From Lama glama (taxonomy: Eukaryota): a DNA stretch of 64,000 bases. Position 1 is the first letter of the stretch. Every line of letters starts with the position of its first letter. Below are positions 39,345 through 51,588 of the stretch, piece by piece. Where the stretch lies: positions 58,902,001 to 58,966,000 of the forward strand of contig CM052817.1 in assembly GCA_028534125.1 (NCBI GenBank), in the 5' to 3' direction. Under the pieces are notes generated by a model, which was not told the origin of the DNA, did not search any database, and saw nothing but the letters and a program-made list of their open reading frames with translations. The position numbers and the translations under genes were made by a program.

Positions 39345-39964
39345 ATAATAAATTTGAAGGAAGTCTTAAATTATTGAGAAATTCTGAATATTCTTGAGAT
39401 TATCTGGTAATTAAATTTTCCCTAAGTATTAAACAAAAATTAAAAATTTTACCTGACAGTTCTGCTTATTACAAAGCACTTAGGCTGCTTGCTCTCTATA
39501 GAATGTACATGCACATTGTTTCATGAGGAAATACATGACCTCAATTATTAATATCTTTTTCTTTATTTGATATATTTCAAGACTCGATAGGAACACTTAA
39601 AAATACTAGCTTTGGTTATAGATATTTCATGCCTTTTTAACCCAGGAGCATTACAAATTAAGTATATTTTATATTAATGATGTTAAAAACAACTGACAAG
39701 AATCCTCATCATTTCTATATAAACTGATGGTGAAAAATAGAGGATGATCTAGTTTTACTCCTAAATTTTCACTGACATTTTTCTTACATCAGAACCTTGA
39801 TTTACAGACTCTTCTCTTTCTCCCTCTCTCTGTCTCCTCTTCCCTACCTTTTCCCTTCTCTCTCCTTCTTCCATTCAACCAACTCCTCTTAGATTCTCTA
39901 TATTTCTCTATTTGTCATAGGCTCTGGGGACAAAACAAAAAATACTTTTTGCGGGATTATTAGG

Positions 39965-41400
39965 CATTTCACTCATTCATTCAGCAAACATTTATTGAGC
40001 ACAGCTCCATACCAGGTACTATGAAAAGTCCTGGGAATAGACCAAAGAACAAGATAAACAGGAGCCCTAGCAAGAAAGATAAATAAATAAACAGTAAAAA
40101 TAAACTAACATCTTACAATATGAGAAGTTCAGAGAGCTAAGAGAAAGCAGAGCAATGACACCCCATATGATGTAAACATCCAAACAAAGCACCTTGCAGA
40201 AGTTGTGTTTAAACTGAAATCTGAAGCAATATTTGAATAAGAAGTGTTCTGGGAAAGGAACGGCATATATGAAATCATGGGAGAAAGAGAAAGCATTGTC
40301 CATTGGAAAAACTGAAGAATTTTGCTATGGCTTTGTAACAGAATATTCCTTGAAGGTTAAATTTGATATTTTTGTGTTCGCTCTATCAAAAAAAGAGAAG
40401 ACTCATAAGTTTATAACTATATCTACCCAATGGGGGTCAGTGATCATTCTTGTGTATTTAAAAACACCCCTACCTTTAATGAGCAAGTTGGTCTTTGTGT
40501 TTGAAAGGTACAATTAGCCTCCAAAACATGAAAGATATTTAAGAAGAAAGTGTTCTTCAAAGCTGGGGTTCATATATAATAAAAGAAAACTTCAGTTTTA
40601 CTCTAAGGACCTCAACTAGTGTAGGGATATTTGTTTACTTTCAAAAAAACCAAAAGGACCTCTAGTTTGCTCTGCATATACCTTGGGAGGTTATTGAATT
40701 ATTCTTAATTTGATGTGCCTTTGTAGATGAGTCTCTGGAATCTTTTATTTGGACATGGCTTGCACCTTCTCTTAATCATGTTAGTACTCATTTTTAAGTT
40801 CGACACAATCAGACTTGTAGGTGTGGTATCTTCTTCCTTTAGCTCTTTCTATCCAGGAAAAAAAATTAGATACGTGCATAAATACTTTTGAGTAAAAGAC
40901 ACAAGATTGACAAGGAAAAGGGCATTCTTCATAAAGGAAAGGAATGTGTAAAAGCATGGAGACATAATGAGTATCAGGAATATAAATAGATGTGTAGTTG
41001 AGTGGCAGAAGTTGAGGCTGTATTGACTCTATTAAAAAGAGAGAGTGAGCTACTGAGAGTTCAGGTGTGATGGAAGGGGGCAAATCTGGGAGGGACAGCA
41101 ATAAGCAAAAGCTGGCTATATTCTGAACAGTGAATGATATGAATTTAAATGAACACAGTGATATTTGTTGATAAAAATTAATCAGATAAATATTTAGAGC
41201 CTAGAAGCAAAATGACTGCCTTATTCAATTTATGTCAACAAATTTAGTGCAAAGAAAAAGACATGAAAAAACATTCCAGATAGTTTTTACATAATTGCTT
41301 CACTCAACAAATGTTAATGGTGCATTGACTGTGTCAGGCAATTCCCTGAACTCTAGTGTAAATCGTAAGCAAAACAGATATGCTTCTTTCCCTCTCATAA
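39965..41400 (-). mobile_element. Dispersed L2 fragments
   Basis: L2 3' tail cattcattcagcaaacatttattgagcac at about 39975, with further L2-like pieces near 40.9-41.1 kb and 41.3-41.4 kb. Confidence 0.65.
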
Positions 41401-41479
41401 ACTGTTAAGCCTTTATCATTATAAATTTTTGATTATTTTAATTTAGCTTATATTAAATTCCAATTTAAAAAATATTTGA

Positions 41480-42760
41480 AAGACACCATAGTGATTAAAC
41501 TGACACCAAATATTGGGATTGGGATGTGGACCAACCAGAACCAGGAATCTCATACATTGTTGGTGGCATTGTAAAATGGTACAGATTTTTTTGGAAAAAT
41601 ATTTTAGTAGTTTCATGTAAAAACAAAGCATACATGTTTTGTGCTGGTCTCGGCTTACCAATAACCAGTGTTGTGACTTGACCAGCCCTTGTAGTTCTTA
41701 TTATTGCAAGATGCCTGTCAGCAATAACCATTAGGAAACTTGAGGGGAAAAAGGGTTTATTACTACTCACCAAGTCCCAGAAAACACCAGCACACCAAGA
41801 GCCACACAGCAAGGTTACAGGTGAAGAGAGTGTGAGAGAGAGCACAGGTTTTGCCTGTATTGGGGTCAAGGGTAGCTATAGCGCCAAAGGCTTAAGTTTT
41901 GAGGGCTCATTCTTTACCAGTGAATTTAAAACATAAAGACAGGAATTTAAAAGGGTAGGAAGAGAATAAAACATGTGGCCCAAATGGCCCATTTCAAAAT
42001 CAACCAAGATCTCTAACACAAAGAAGCCTCAGTGAGAGGAGGTAGCCTGGTTCATTATTTAGTCCCGTGGCTGGTAATGTGTTTATTAGAGTTAGCCATC
42101 TCAGAAGAGGACAGTCAAAGCTTAAGCCAGGCACTTGCATTACAAAAAAAGAGAAAACCCAACTGTGAGGGCTTAGGTTATGTTATAGCACCCTGATGAC
42201 TAAGCAAACCTAATTTTAGATATTTACCCCTAAAATAAAAAGCTTGTATTTCCAAATAAATTTGTACCAGAATGTTTACAGTAGCTTTATTTGTAATAGC
42301 TAAAAACTGGAAACCAACTAAGTGTCCGTCAAAAGGAGAATGGAAAACAAACTGGCATATTCATATGAAATACTACCAACCAATAAAAAGCATAATGAAA
42401 CCTTGATGCAGGCAGCAACATGGATGAATTGCAAAATATTTTTCTGAGTGAAAGAGGCCTTACATAAAAGAATACATGCTGTATATTCCATTTAGATTAA
42501 ATTCTAGAACAAGTAATCTAATGTGACAAAAAACAAAAACAAAAACAAAAAAACCTAGAACGGTAGTGGCCTCTGGGGTGGGGCAAGGAAGAAAACACTA
42601 GAGAACTTCCTGGGATGATGATAATGTTCTATTGTCTAATATTCTATGATAGCAGTATGGGTTGTAAACACTTACGTTCTTCATTATATGTAAATTTTAC
42701 CTTAAAGGCAAAAGGAACAAAAAAAACAAATTACTTAAAGTAGTGGTATGAATTTGCTCT
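41480..42760 (+). mobile_element. Old L1M (L1MC/ME-type) 3' region, interrupted by an LTR
   Basis: ORF2 C-terminal remnants ctcatacattgttggtggcattgtaaaatggtaca and agaatgtttacagtagctttatttgtaatagctaaaaactggaaac...aacatggatgaat. Confidence 0.85.
41640..42190 (-). mobile_element. ERVL solo LTR (MER54/MER74/MER88 group) nested in L1
   Basis: TG...CA termini; motif gggtttattactactcaccaagtccc...gagccacacagcaaggt...gcctgtattggggtcaagggt; host L1 resumes at 42191. Confidence 0.7.
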
Positions 42761-43159
42761 CTAACATTTTGGTGTAAGAAATGCTACTACACTTTATTTA
42801 AGTCAAATTCAATTTGAGCTTTTTTTTTTTCAATTAGTAAAACAAGAAATTTCATCATAGTTCCTTTTGTGAGGCTCCTTCTATCCCTAGAGATTATTTC
42901 AGTATTCAAGGAATTTGCATGATACTCATAAAATGAGGGAGGGTCCTGGTTCCAGCAGCCTAGTGGTTTATAATATTTCATCTGGTCACTATATGGCTGT
43001 GAAGTTTTGTCCTCTATATTCTTTTAGGTGCTGTTGCCTGGACAGGCTCTTAAAGGCCCAGCCAGGTGTGATCACAGTCGTTAGCATTCAAAGATACCCT
43101 GTTTTCTTGTTTCCCTGGTTCTATTTTCAACATGGAAGGGGGCATAAGTAAATATATTA

Positions 43160-44330
43160 AGGATAATGAGAATCAGATGTCTGTCTACTAAAATTCGAGA
43201 TATAGTGTGAATTTATGGTTTTAAATATGTATATGTACATATATGTACACATATGTATTATATATATATCTGTGTATGTACATTAAAAATACATACATGT
43301 GTACTTTCTATCTCTGTCCACTGAGAAATGTCTATGAACAACAATACCTTGATAGCAATAAGCATAACTAGCACTCAGACTTTAACTTCTAGATACCATT
43401 CTCCACCAAAAAAAGCCAGGACTCACTGAAGAAATGATTGATTCTAGAACTTGGTCAGGGAAAGTACAAGATAAATCCAGAGTAACTTATTTTGCCAGAA
43501 AGCAAAGAAATGCTCAAAGGATGATGTTGACATGTCGAGATGACACAGAAACCTTCTTGAAAGGGCTGCCATTTGCCAAATATGAAGCAAATTAAGTACC
43601 AAAATAAATGCTATTTATACTTATAACCCATTGAGTAAATAGAAAACCATGAATCATACAGTTATAGATAAAGGAATAAATTGAAAGTTTGATGAAGGAT
43701 GGTACATTTTAGTTTCAAAGTATCTCCCCATAAAAATACTTAATTAATAACTGAAAGGAGAAAGAGTGTAAATTTCCTTGAAGAAGTTAATCAAATAATC
43801 AAAGTAACATTATTGGTAATAGGACAAATCAAAATTGAATGCCATTTGATAGGATGAAGTGATGGTGTCGTCTATAATAGTCCTCCCAAGTGAGCATAAT
43901 CTGAATACAGGAAAACAACATTCAATCCCAAATAAAGGGATAGTATGAAAAATAATTTTAATTTTTTCAAAAGTGTTGAAGATACGAAAGTCAAAAAATT
44001 GAGGACTTTACTTCTACAGTAAACTGAAAAAGATAAGAGAGATGACAGATGCAGTACATTTTCCTGACCGAAGTCTGTTTTCTCTAAAGTGCATGATTTG
44101 GACACTAGGCGACACTTGAATGAAGTCGAGGATTATCCTGTAGTAATGACAGTATCAATTAAGTTTCTGAAATGGATGACCGTATTTTGGTTACATAGGA
44201 GAATGCCCTGTTTTGTGGAAAATGCACACTAAGTATTCAGATGAAATGGGACATCAGGTTGGCCAACTCATTCTAAATGGATTTAGAAAAATATTTTTAG
44301 TATTGAACACTGAATATACTTTATATATAT
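43160..44330 (+). mobile_element. L1MC3/L1MC4-type 3'UTR
   Basis: ctctgtccactgaga...tagcaataagcataactagcactcaga...ttctagataccattctcca...gaagaaatgattgattctag...gccagaaagcaaagaaatgctcaaa. Confidence 0.85.
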
Positions 44331-44379
44331 AACATTTTATTGAACATTTTATCTAAGTTTAAACTGATTTTAAAAAGAG

Positions 44380-44710
44380 CAAATTATGATGGAAAGCCAT
44401 TGGTGATTTATATTTAGGTGGTGAAATGATCTTTATGTTTGAAAAGAAACATTTCGGCAGCTGTGTAGACAAGCTGCTTAGGTTGAGGGTGGAGGATGGG
44501 CAAGTGTCAAAAAAGGAAGACAAATTGAGATGCCACTGCAATAACTCATAGAAAGGTGGTGACAGCTTGAACTAGGGATATAACAGAAGACGTGGTGAGC
44601 ATCGATTGGATTTGAGTTGTATTTTGAAACAATATCCTGCAAAACTTGCTGGATGTGGAGTATGTAGGAAAGACAAAAATGTAGGCTGATTTCGAGGTTA
44701 GACAAATATT
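44380..44710 (-). mobile_element. L2 fragment
   Basis: atggaaagccattggtgattta...tggatttgagttgtattttgaa...acttgctggatgtgga. Confidence 0.7.
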
Positions 44711-44939
44711 CTTAGTCCCAGAGGCTTTGATTGCTACAGCTGCCTTTAATCTGTACATTTTCCCCTGTTGGTACTATTGCTCCCATGTCTTACAGGTATA
44801 ATACTACTGTGACAATATTCTGAAAACAATTTAAATTACTGAGAAATAAACTACTCATGAGTTATAGAACTTTACCATTCAAAAGCCTTAACAAAAACAT
44901 TACTATTTCTATCCCATCAACAAGAGTGTGCAGAGCAAA

Positions 44940-45170
44940 GTAAAGTAGCATAGTGATTGGAATGAGTCACATGATATTACAGAGAAGTGGTTTTAAGTTC
45001 TTGCTTGGCCAATTATTTTGGACAAGTTCCTTAAATGCTAGAAGCTCGATATTCTCATGTGTAAAATGAAGGATAATAATATTAACTTCATAGAATTCTA
45101 TAAGGATTAATTCGTAATGTAAAGAAGTTAGCATTGATCTAAATATTACTGCTGTACTCCCTAGTATTAG
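44940..45170 (+). mobile_element. MIR SINE
   Basis: gtagcatagtgatt...ttggacaagttccttaa...ctcatgtgtaaaatgaaggataataata. Confidence 0.8.
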
Positions 45171-45476
45171 TAACAGTTGTAGTGGTAGAAGTAGCATTGT
45201 GTGATACCTCCAAAGACTTAATAGATTCTCTTTTTAGTTAGAAGTAATTATTAGTTTTTAAAAATGTGTGGGGAATAAAAATGAAAGAAACAGCAGTTGC
45301 TATCAAGGATTATCTTTGAAATTTGTGACAATGATTAATTGCTTTCAAATCTCTTAAATTATGCACATTTCCTAAAAGTTTGCTTATATTCAAAGGGTGA
45401 AAGAATTTAGAATTTTTAATACTACATTGTTCCAGGAAAACTGTCTTAAATTATATCAATGTTTCTAATATTTTAG

Positions 45477-45605
45477 GTACAAACATTTGGTACAATATTC
45501 ACTCCAGAGAGATGAATGTTCTTGTTGCTTGGAACAGAACATACTTCTTTCAATGTCTTCCTAATCCAATTTTATATTCTATATTTACTATGCCTAATCA
45601 TTATG
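45477..45605 (+). CDS. Candidate internal coding exon (129 nt, phase 1-1): (G)TNIWYNIHSREMNVLVAWNRTYFFQCLPNPILYSIFTMPNHY
   Basis: Acceptor tgtttctaatattttag| and donor ATG|gtaagg. Length is a multiple of 3, exactly one frame is open, and the sequence is non-repetitive. Confidence 0.6.
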
Positions 45606-47249
45606 GTAAGGCTCATTTGAAAACAGTTGTTCTTAATTGTAAAATTGAACTGTACCCCATTAAGCTTTTGCCTCACTGCTTCTGAGATCCTTGGTGGTTT
45701 GGAATATGGGGATGCATCTACATTCTCCCCCTGCCAGTTCTTTTTATCTTTTCTAATGCTGTCCCTTCAGTGTTTCAGCTGCTAAGTGGTTGTAGTGTAT
45801 GTTTAATAGAACTGTCTAATGACTGATACATTATTATCACTACTTATAATAAGTCAGCAGGAATGCCACCCATGTCTGAGAATTTGGAACCAACAGGATT
45901 ATGTATTTTACTAAAGCAAGACAGCAAATGTACAACTAAATAGAAAGAAGTGTTTCAGTCTGTCCATTAACTGCTGATTTTTAATTTTGTACTGACTGTA
46001 ACTATAAAAAAGAAAAACAGTGGAAATTAAATGAGCTTTCTAATTAATCCACAAAGATTTAAATTTTGACTGTTTTTTTTGAATTGTATCATTTCAACTT
46101 TTTATAAGGATGTTTGTACGTTTATTTATGTACTATTGGTGAATGCCTAGTTTGGGTGCTGGGGATAATGTAGATAAGTCTTACTCATAGATCCTAGAAT
46201 CTACTTTACAGTAAACAGTTTTGCCATATTAAGTCTCCTAGTTTCAAAGACACAAGTCGTTTGTTGTGATATATTAAAAAGAATTAGTGTTACATACAAC
46301 CATGTTAACACTGGCCAAAATTCTTGCTACCTGTACAACCTTTGTCAATTACTTAGCCATTGTGACTTCCATGAAGTATGCTGGTCCTCCCTGAAAAAAT
46401 GCACACTGCATCCTAGGTGTGCTTCTAGGCATCCAAAAGTTTTTGTGAAAAGGAGAAAGGGCCCTGTGAATAAATTTGATCCAGGAGTCAACCTGCCCAG
46501 TCAAGCTAGTTGGCTGGATTTACAACTTGGGTTCACAAAAAATTTATTTGCAACCAAAGTCATTACACAGTGGGAGCATGCCATCCTTTAATGAAGTCAG
46601 GAATGCAAGTTTCTAAACCTTATGTGGGGCTTTATACTAATTCTGTGTGTTGCTGTCAGGTTGGTGTGTCAGCATCTCTGCCCTCTGGACCAATCTCATT
46701 GTTGCAGATTCTTCCATGGAGAAGCCCTAACTGTTTACTACTCTGTTAAATTATCTCACATAGCAGCCTTTCTGTTTCCATCGAAATGCTAGCGAGAGGT
46801 TGTCTTATGAGTTATAGACAAGATCTTTCCAACACTTAGAGAACTATATCTTGTACATGGGGTTGCTGGGGATCTTTGGGGTTAGAAAACAGAACATAAA
46901 TTTCATTCTTATATCCTTTGCCTTATACCTGTCAACAAAGGAATGCCAGAGATACCAAAGAATCAATGTATCAAGGCAGGAATCAGTGAGGAATCACACA
47001 TAGTTTCTTTTCATTGAAATTATCCTATCCACTAACCAATATATCAAAGGATAGTTGTCTTCAGTTCCCTTATCTTCCTCCACAGTGAGATAAAAGAAGT
47101 CTATTTATGTATTTAATGACATCGCAATACATTTTGTGTGCCTTGATTGTACATTTTGTATTTTGATTATCATTTGAGGTTAAATAAAAAATAAAACCCT
47201 ATCCCAGCACCCTATACCTTAGTATTCAGTTAATTTCAGTACCCTTCCC

Positions 47250-47497
47250 ATATAAAGGCCATCAGCCAACTAAAGTGGTTCCTGCCCACCTGTTTTTCTC
47301 TAACATAGTCCATTTGATAACCTCACATCCTCTAATGCCTGCTCAAGCTACCTTATTTATTTACTTATTTATTGTTCATTGTTCTGTAACAATGTTCACT
47401 AGAACAGAAGCCATTTGTCTGACTTGTTCACATTGAAACAACTGTGGTTAGAACAGTACCTAAAAGCGAGCATACTCACTATTTTGAATGAATAAAA
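47250..47497 (+). mobile_element. L2 3' end
   Basis: tttgtctgacttgttcac...tagaacagtaccta...tattttgaatgaataaa. Confidence 0.7.
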
Positions 47498-47728
47498 AGG
47501 TATTCTCCTTTAAGTAAAATAAAATGATCTGTTCTAGAAGTGATTGTTTACAAAAAAACGAGAAATTCCTCCACCTACCACTTGCTATAAGATGGCTTTA
47601 TTAGAAAATTTATATCACAAAAGAATTATTTTATTAATTTTAAAGTAAACCTCTGTTTTCATTTCAGTTAAAACCTCCTTTATTTTGAGACTTTATTAAC
47701 CAAGACATTCAGTTAACTGGAACTTGAT

Positions 47729-47755
<27 letters not shown>
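47729..47755. repeat. (CA)n microsatellite, about 13 units
   Basis: Direct reading. Confidence 0.95.
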
Positions 47756-47760
<5 letters not shown>

Positions 47761-48164
47761 GTAATAGTATAATGGTAATTTAAATTCACAATTAAAGTAC
47801 TGAGAAATCATAAGATCCTGAAATATTTTCTTGTCTGTTGAAAGTGAAAATGTATTTAATAAAGTTTTAGAGCATAAGGGACTATTTAATTTCTCTTCAT
47901 TGGTTTTAAGTAATGCATTTATATATGAAAAGCACTGTGTCCTGTAATTAGAATATTTAATCAATTAGTACATCCCATTCATTATGATACGGTATTCTCT
48001 AGGCCTTTTATTTGATGAGCCTTGTTAATGATTACTGATTTTCTAAAATTATTGCTAATCAAACACTAAAAAATAGGACCACTTTGAAGACAGCATGTCT
48101 TCTGCTCAGACGTTTAAAATGAGAACTTCTACTTCTTAATTGGTGTGAATTCTTGAAACCTACA

Positions 48165-48290
48165 GCTGGTCAAGAGAGCCCTTCCCTACCTGCAGCGTCC
48201 AGGCCTGCCTCTGGCCATTGGCTCTTCTGTCAGTTTACCGCAGTGTGCACACAAATATTATATATCTTCTGTAAGTAACATGATGTGATT
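48165..48290 (-). mobile_element. hAT-Charlie MITE fragment (MER112/Charlie8-like)
   Basis: cagtttaccgcagtgtgcacacaaatattat...catgatgtga. Confidence 0.5.
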
Positions 48291-48789
48291 CAGTAAGGAA
48301 ACAGCAAACTATACAGCTGTCTTGACTTTATGACATCCTATTGTCATTCTTCATGTCTCAGAGATTTTCCCTTAGCACTTCTCTCTATGCACAAGGACAC
48401 ATTCTTTCCTATGTTATTTTACCCCATTGCTTTTTCATAGTTCTTTCTATACATATTAATTAAATACTGATGTATTCATTTACTCATCTGTTTCACAAAT
48501 GAATGAATGAATGAAAGAGGCAAATACACAAATACAATGTGCTTGTGTCTCATCTCGTTTATGTCCCTTTATTAGCATTCAGAATGCAAGCAGTATTATT
48601 ATGAAAGAGAAAAAGAAGTTAGAAATGTATTAAGCCAAGTTTAAGAGGTATGACTAAAAGTTGATAAAATTTTGGGAAAATCTTAATGTATGAGAACTTA
48701 ATGATACATATCACTGTTATGCTTTGAAAAAATTGCATTGAATTATTGGGTATGTCTGTTGTTTTTGTATGTTTAGCATATTTTCCCCT

Positions 48790-49245
48790 TTTGTTCTGAA
48801 GACAGACCATTCTCTACCTTTGGGAAAGTACATTCTCCCCTCCAGATAAGAATGTGAAGTATATTGCCTCACCTGTATTATCATATGACCAAGACTGGCC
48901 CATCTAATTACTGAATACCTCTGGGGATTATGAGTGATTTGAGACTGACAGATACAGCCCTAATGGCCCTAGCAGGGCCATTTAGAATCTTTTTCTTAGT
49001 GATTGACGTAATGTTAGCACTGAAAACTTTGGAAACCTAAAGCTACTAAGACCATTTTACTACCTCAAGGAGATGACGTGATTAAGAATTTAGCAAACAC
49101 AAGGGCAAAGACATGGAATGTGGAAGGAGAAAAAAGTTCCCATGACCTCTTTTCAACTCCTGGATCCAGTCAAGCCTAGATACTCCTAGACGTTTTGCTG
49201 TATGAATCAAATCTTACTAACTTAAGCAAATTTGAGTTGATGATA
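48790..49245 (+). mobile_element. MLT1K/L-type MaLR LTR
   Basis: catatgaccaagactggccc...accattttactacc...ctcctggatccagtcaagcct...cttaagcaaatttgagttg. Confidence 0.7.
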
Positions 49246-51112
49246 CACAAGTTTCTTAAATTTATTCCAATAATTGCTGAAAACACATCTCAAAACCCAT
49301 TTTCAGATATAATCGTTATCAAAGCCAGTACACAGCCCCCTCACAGACGATTTCTACATTGGCCAATTTTCTTTGGGAAATTAAATGTAAATGGTAAATG
49401 TTTACACATTGGCTTTAAATAATTATATTGATTTATCTGGACTTTTGGTGGAAGAGGGAAGTAGGAACGATCCATGAGAACAATCCACTACCTACGCCAG
49501 CTTAAAGCAAGAGATTTCTGTTGGTAGCGTGTTATTTTTGTCAGCGCTGCTACTTCTAAAATAGTACAATTTATTTATAAAAATCTTCTAGAATATACAT
49601 TTTTACCAACCTGAATCCATTCATTTTAATCACAAGTCTATGCTTTCCAGCATTAGTATCTGTCATTCATATGTGTCTTATAAGAAAAACTTGTAGGGTA
49701 AAAATTCCCATGAAGAGCAGTCATCATACTTTGACTTGACCAATGTTTTTCATTTTTCATTCATTTAATTTTTTAAGCCAAAAGAATCTTTCATGTAAAC
49801 TTATCCAAAAGTTTGTATATAATTTATTAATATAAATTATTATTCCAGTTAAGCCTGGAATTGTTCAGATTGGGGTAAGAATAGGGGATCCAGAGTTGGC
49901 ATCTTTGACCACTTTACTCCTGTGTCCGTTTGGGAGGAGGATAGGGTTTACTGAAGCTGTTTGGAATATACTGGGATTTTTTTAAATGCAGGTCAAAGTA
50001 GAAAGATGACAGACGTACTCCACCCCAGTGGTATATTTTTATCATCATCATATCATTAGTTAGATATTGCCTTTGAAAATATGACAAATTGAGAAGCAAG
50101 TTTGATTCTGTTTTGTTTTTCTAGTAACAGTTGCCCCTGGAAACGTGTGCTGGTTCCTTTCATACCCGTCTGATCACTGAAGAGGTGACAATGACTTGAC
50201 AGATATGACAAGGAATTTGTTTTGCCTGAGTTAATGGAACATTAGAAAAATTAATTCTTATGATTAGGTGATTAGCAAGAACAATTAATTAGAAAATACT
50301 GTTTGTTAAAAGCAGGAATACACTGGAGGTTTGGGAGAGTTGCCTTATATGTCAAAACAGTAATAATTCAGAAACATTTAAAATAATAGAAGTGGATTAG
50401 AGGGAGTTAGTACATAGAATTTTCTTTTGGTAAGTGGTTTACTAATTTATTTGTCTCACAATGGCTGCAGCAGCATCTCTTTCTTTTATATTTTTGACCT
50501 ACTTCATATAACCTCAGAAGCAGTCTCCCTAAAGAATGTGCTGGAGGGAAAAAAAAAAAAAGACATTGAAGAAGTTACACTTTAGGTAAGACTACTGACT
50601 GCCTGGGAGGTGGTTTGTCTGCTAGTGACCCTGATCAAGTGGCACATGAGGTGCTAATCTGGCAAGAAGCTTCATTATCTGTTCCCCTTGACTCCATTCT
50701 TCTGTTCAGTGCCTGATTTACTTTAGATTTGTCCCTTCCACAGTCTACATCTCCCATTTTTTCTTAATGATCAGCACATACAGTAATTAAGCACCTGAGT
50801 ACTGAATATCATAAATGCTAATTAGTTAAGCCATCACTCCTCCATCATAGACAGAGTTCTCACATAAGCGCAGGTAGCTTTCTGGGCTGTCTGTTCTGTT
50901 TCATTGACCTTTGAGTCTATCCCTCCAACAATGCCATAGTGTTTGAGTTATTATAAAACAGATAAAATAAATAAATATATGCAAGCATTAACTTGATAAA
51001 CCTCAAAAAAGCTGCATAGTGATTTACACGGCACAGTACCATTTAAGTAAATTTAAATTTATACAAATATATTATACATATTACTTATAAATAAATGCAT
51101 ATATAAGCAAAG

Positions 51113-51588
51113 CACTAATTCTCAAGGTGTGGTCCAAGAACTCCTGGAGCCATTGCAATCCTTTTAGTGAGTATGAGAAATTCTTCTTTCCCCAATTACG
51201 TATCTATGACAGTCCAGAGTTGCTCTATATATTTTAAATGAAACACATGTCACAATGGATTCAATGTAGAAGCAGATATAAGTATCCTGCTTCCTTCTAT
51301 TTAGACAGACATTAAAAATGTTTTTTAAAATGTTTTTAAAAATGTAAAAAAAAGTATTCTTAGCACTGTTTTCTTCTTTTGGAAAATTAAGTTATTTTCA
51401 TAAAAATACTATTTATGATAACATGTCAAGGGCTTATTATTTTCTTATAGTAAGTTAATAAACAAATTTTCTCAATTTTAATTCTGTGTTATAAATAGAA
51501 GTAACCAACATAAAGTAAAACTCCTTGGGCTCCATAATAATTTTAAGTGAGTAAAAGGTTTCTGTGGGCAAAATTTTAAGAACTGCTG
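51113..51588 (+). mobile_element. Charlie4a-like hAT MITE, near full length, inside an old L1ME remnant (about 50.95-51.8 kb)
   Basis: ttctcaaggtgtggtcc...aatgtagaagcagatataagtatcc...cagacattaaa...ttattttcataaaaata...aattttaagaactgctg. Confidence 0.8.

Noticed and set aside
45477..45605. Alternative phase-0 reading VQTFGTIFTPER*MFLLLG... as selenocysteine or a pseudogenised membrane protein
   Set aside because: It needs an in-frame TGA with no supporting evidence, whereas the phase-1 frame is fully open.
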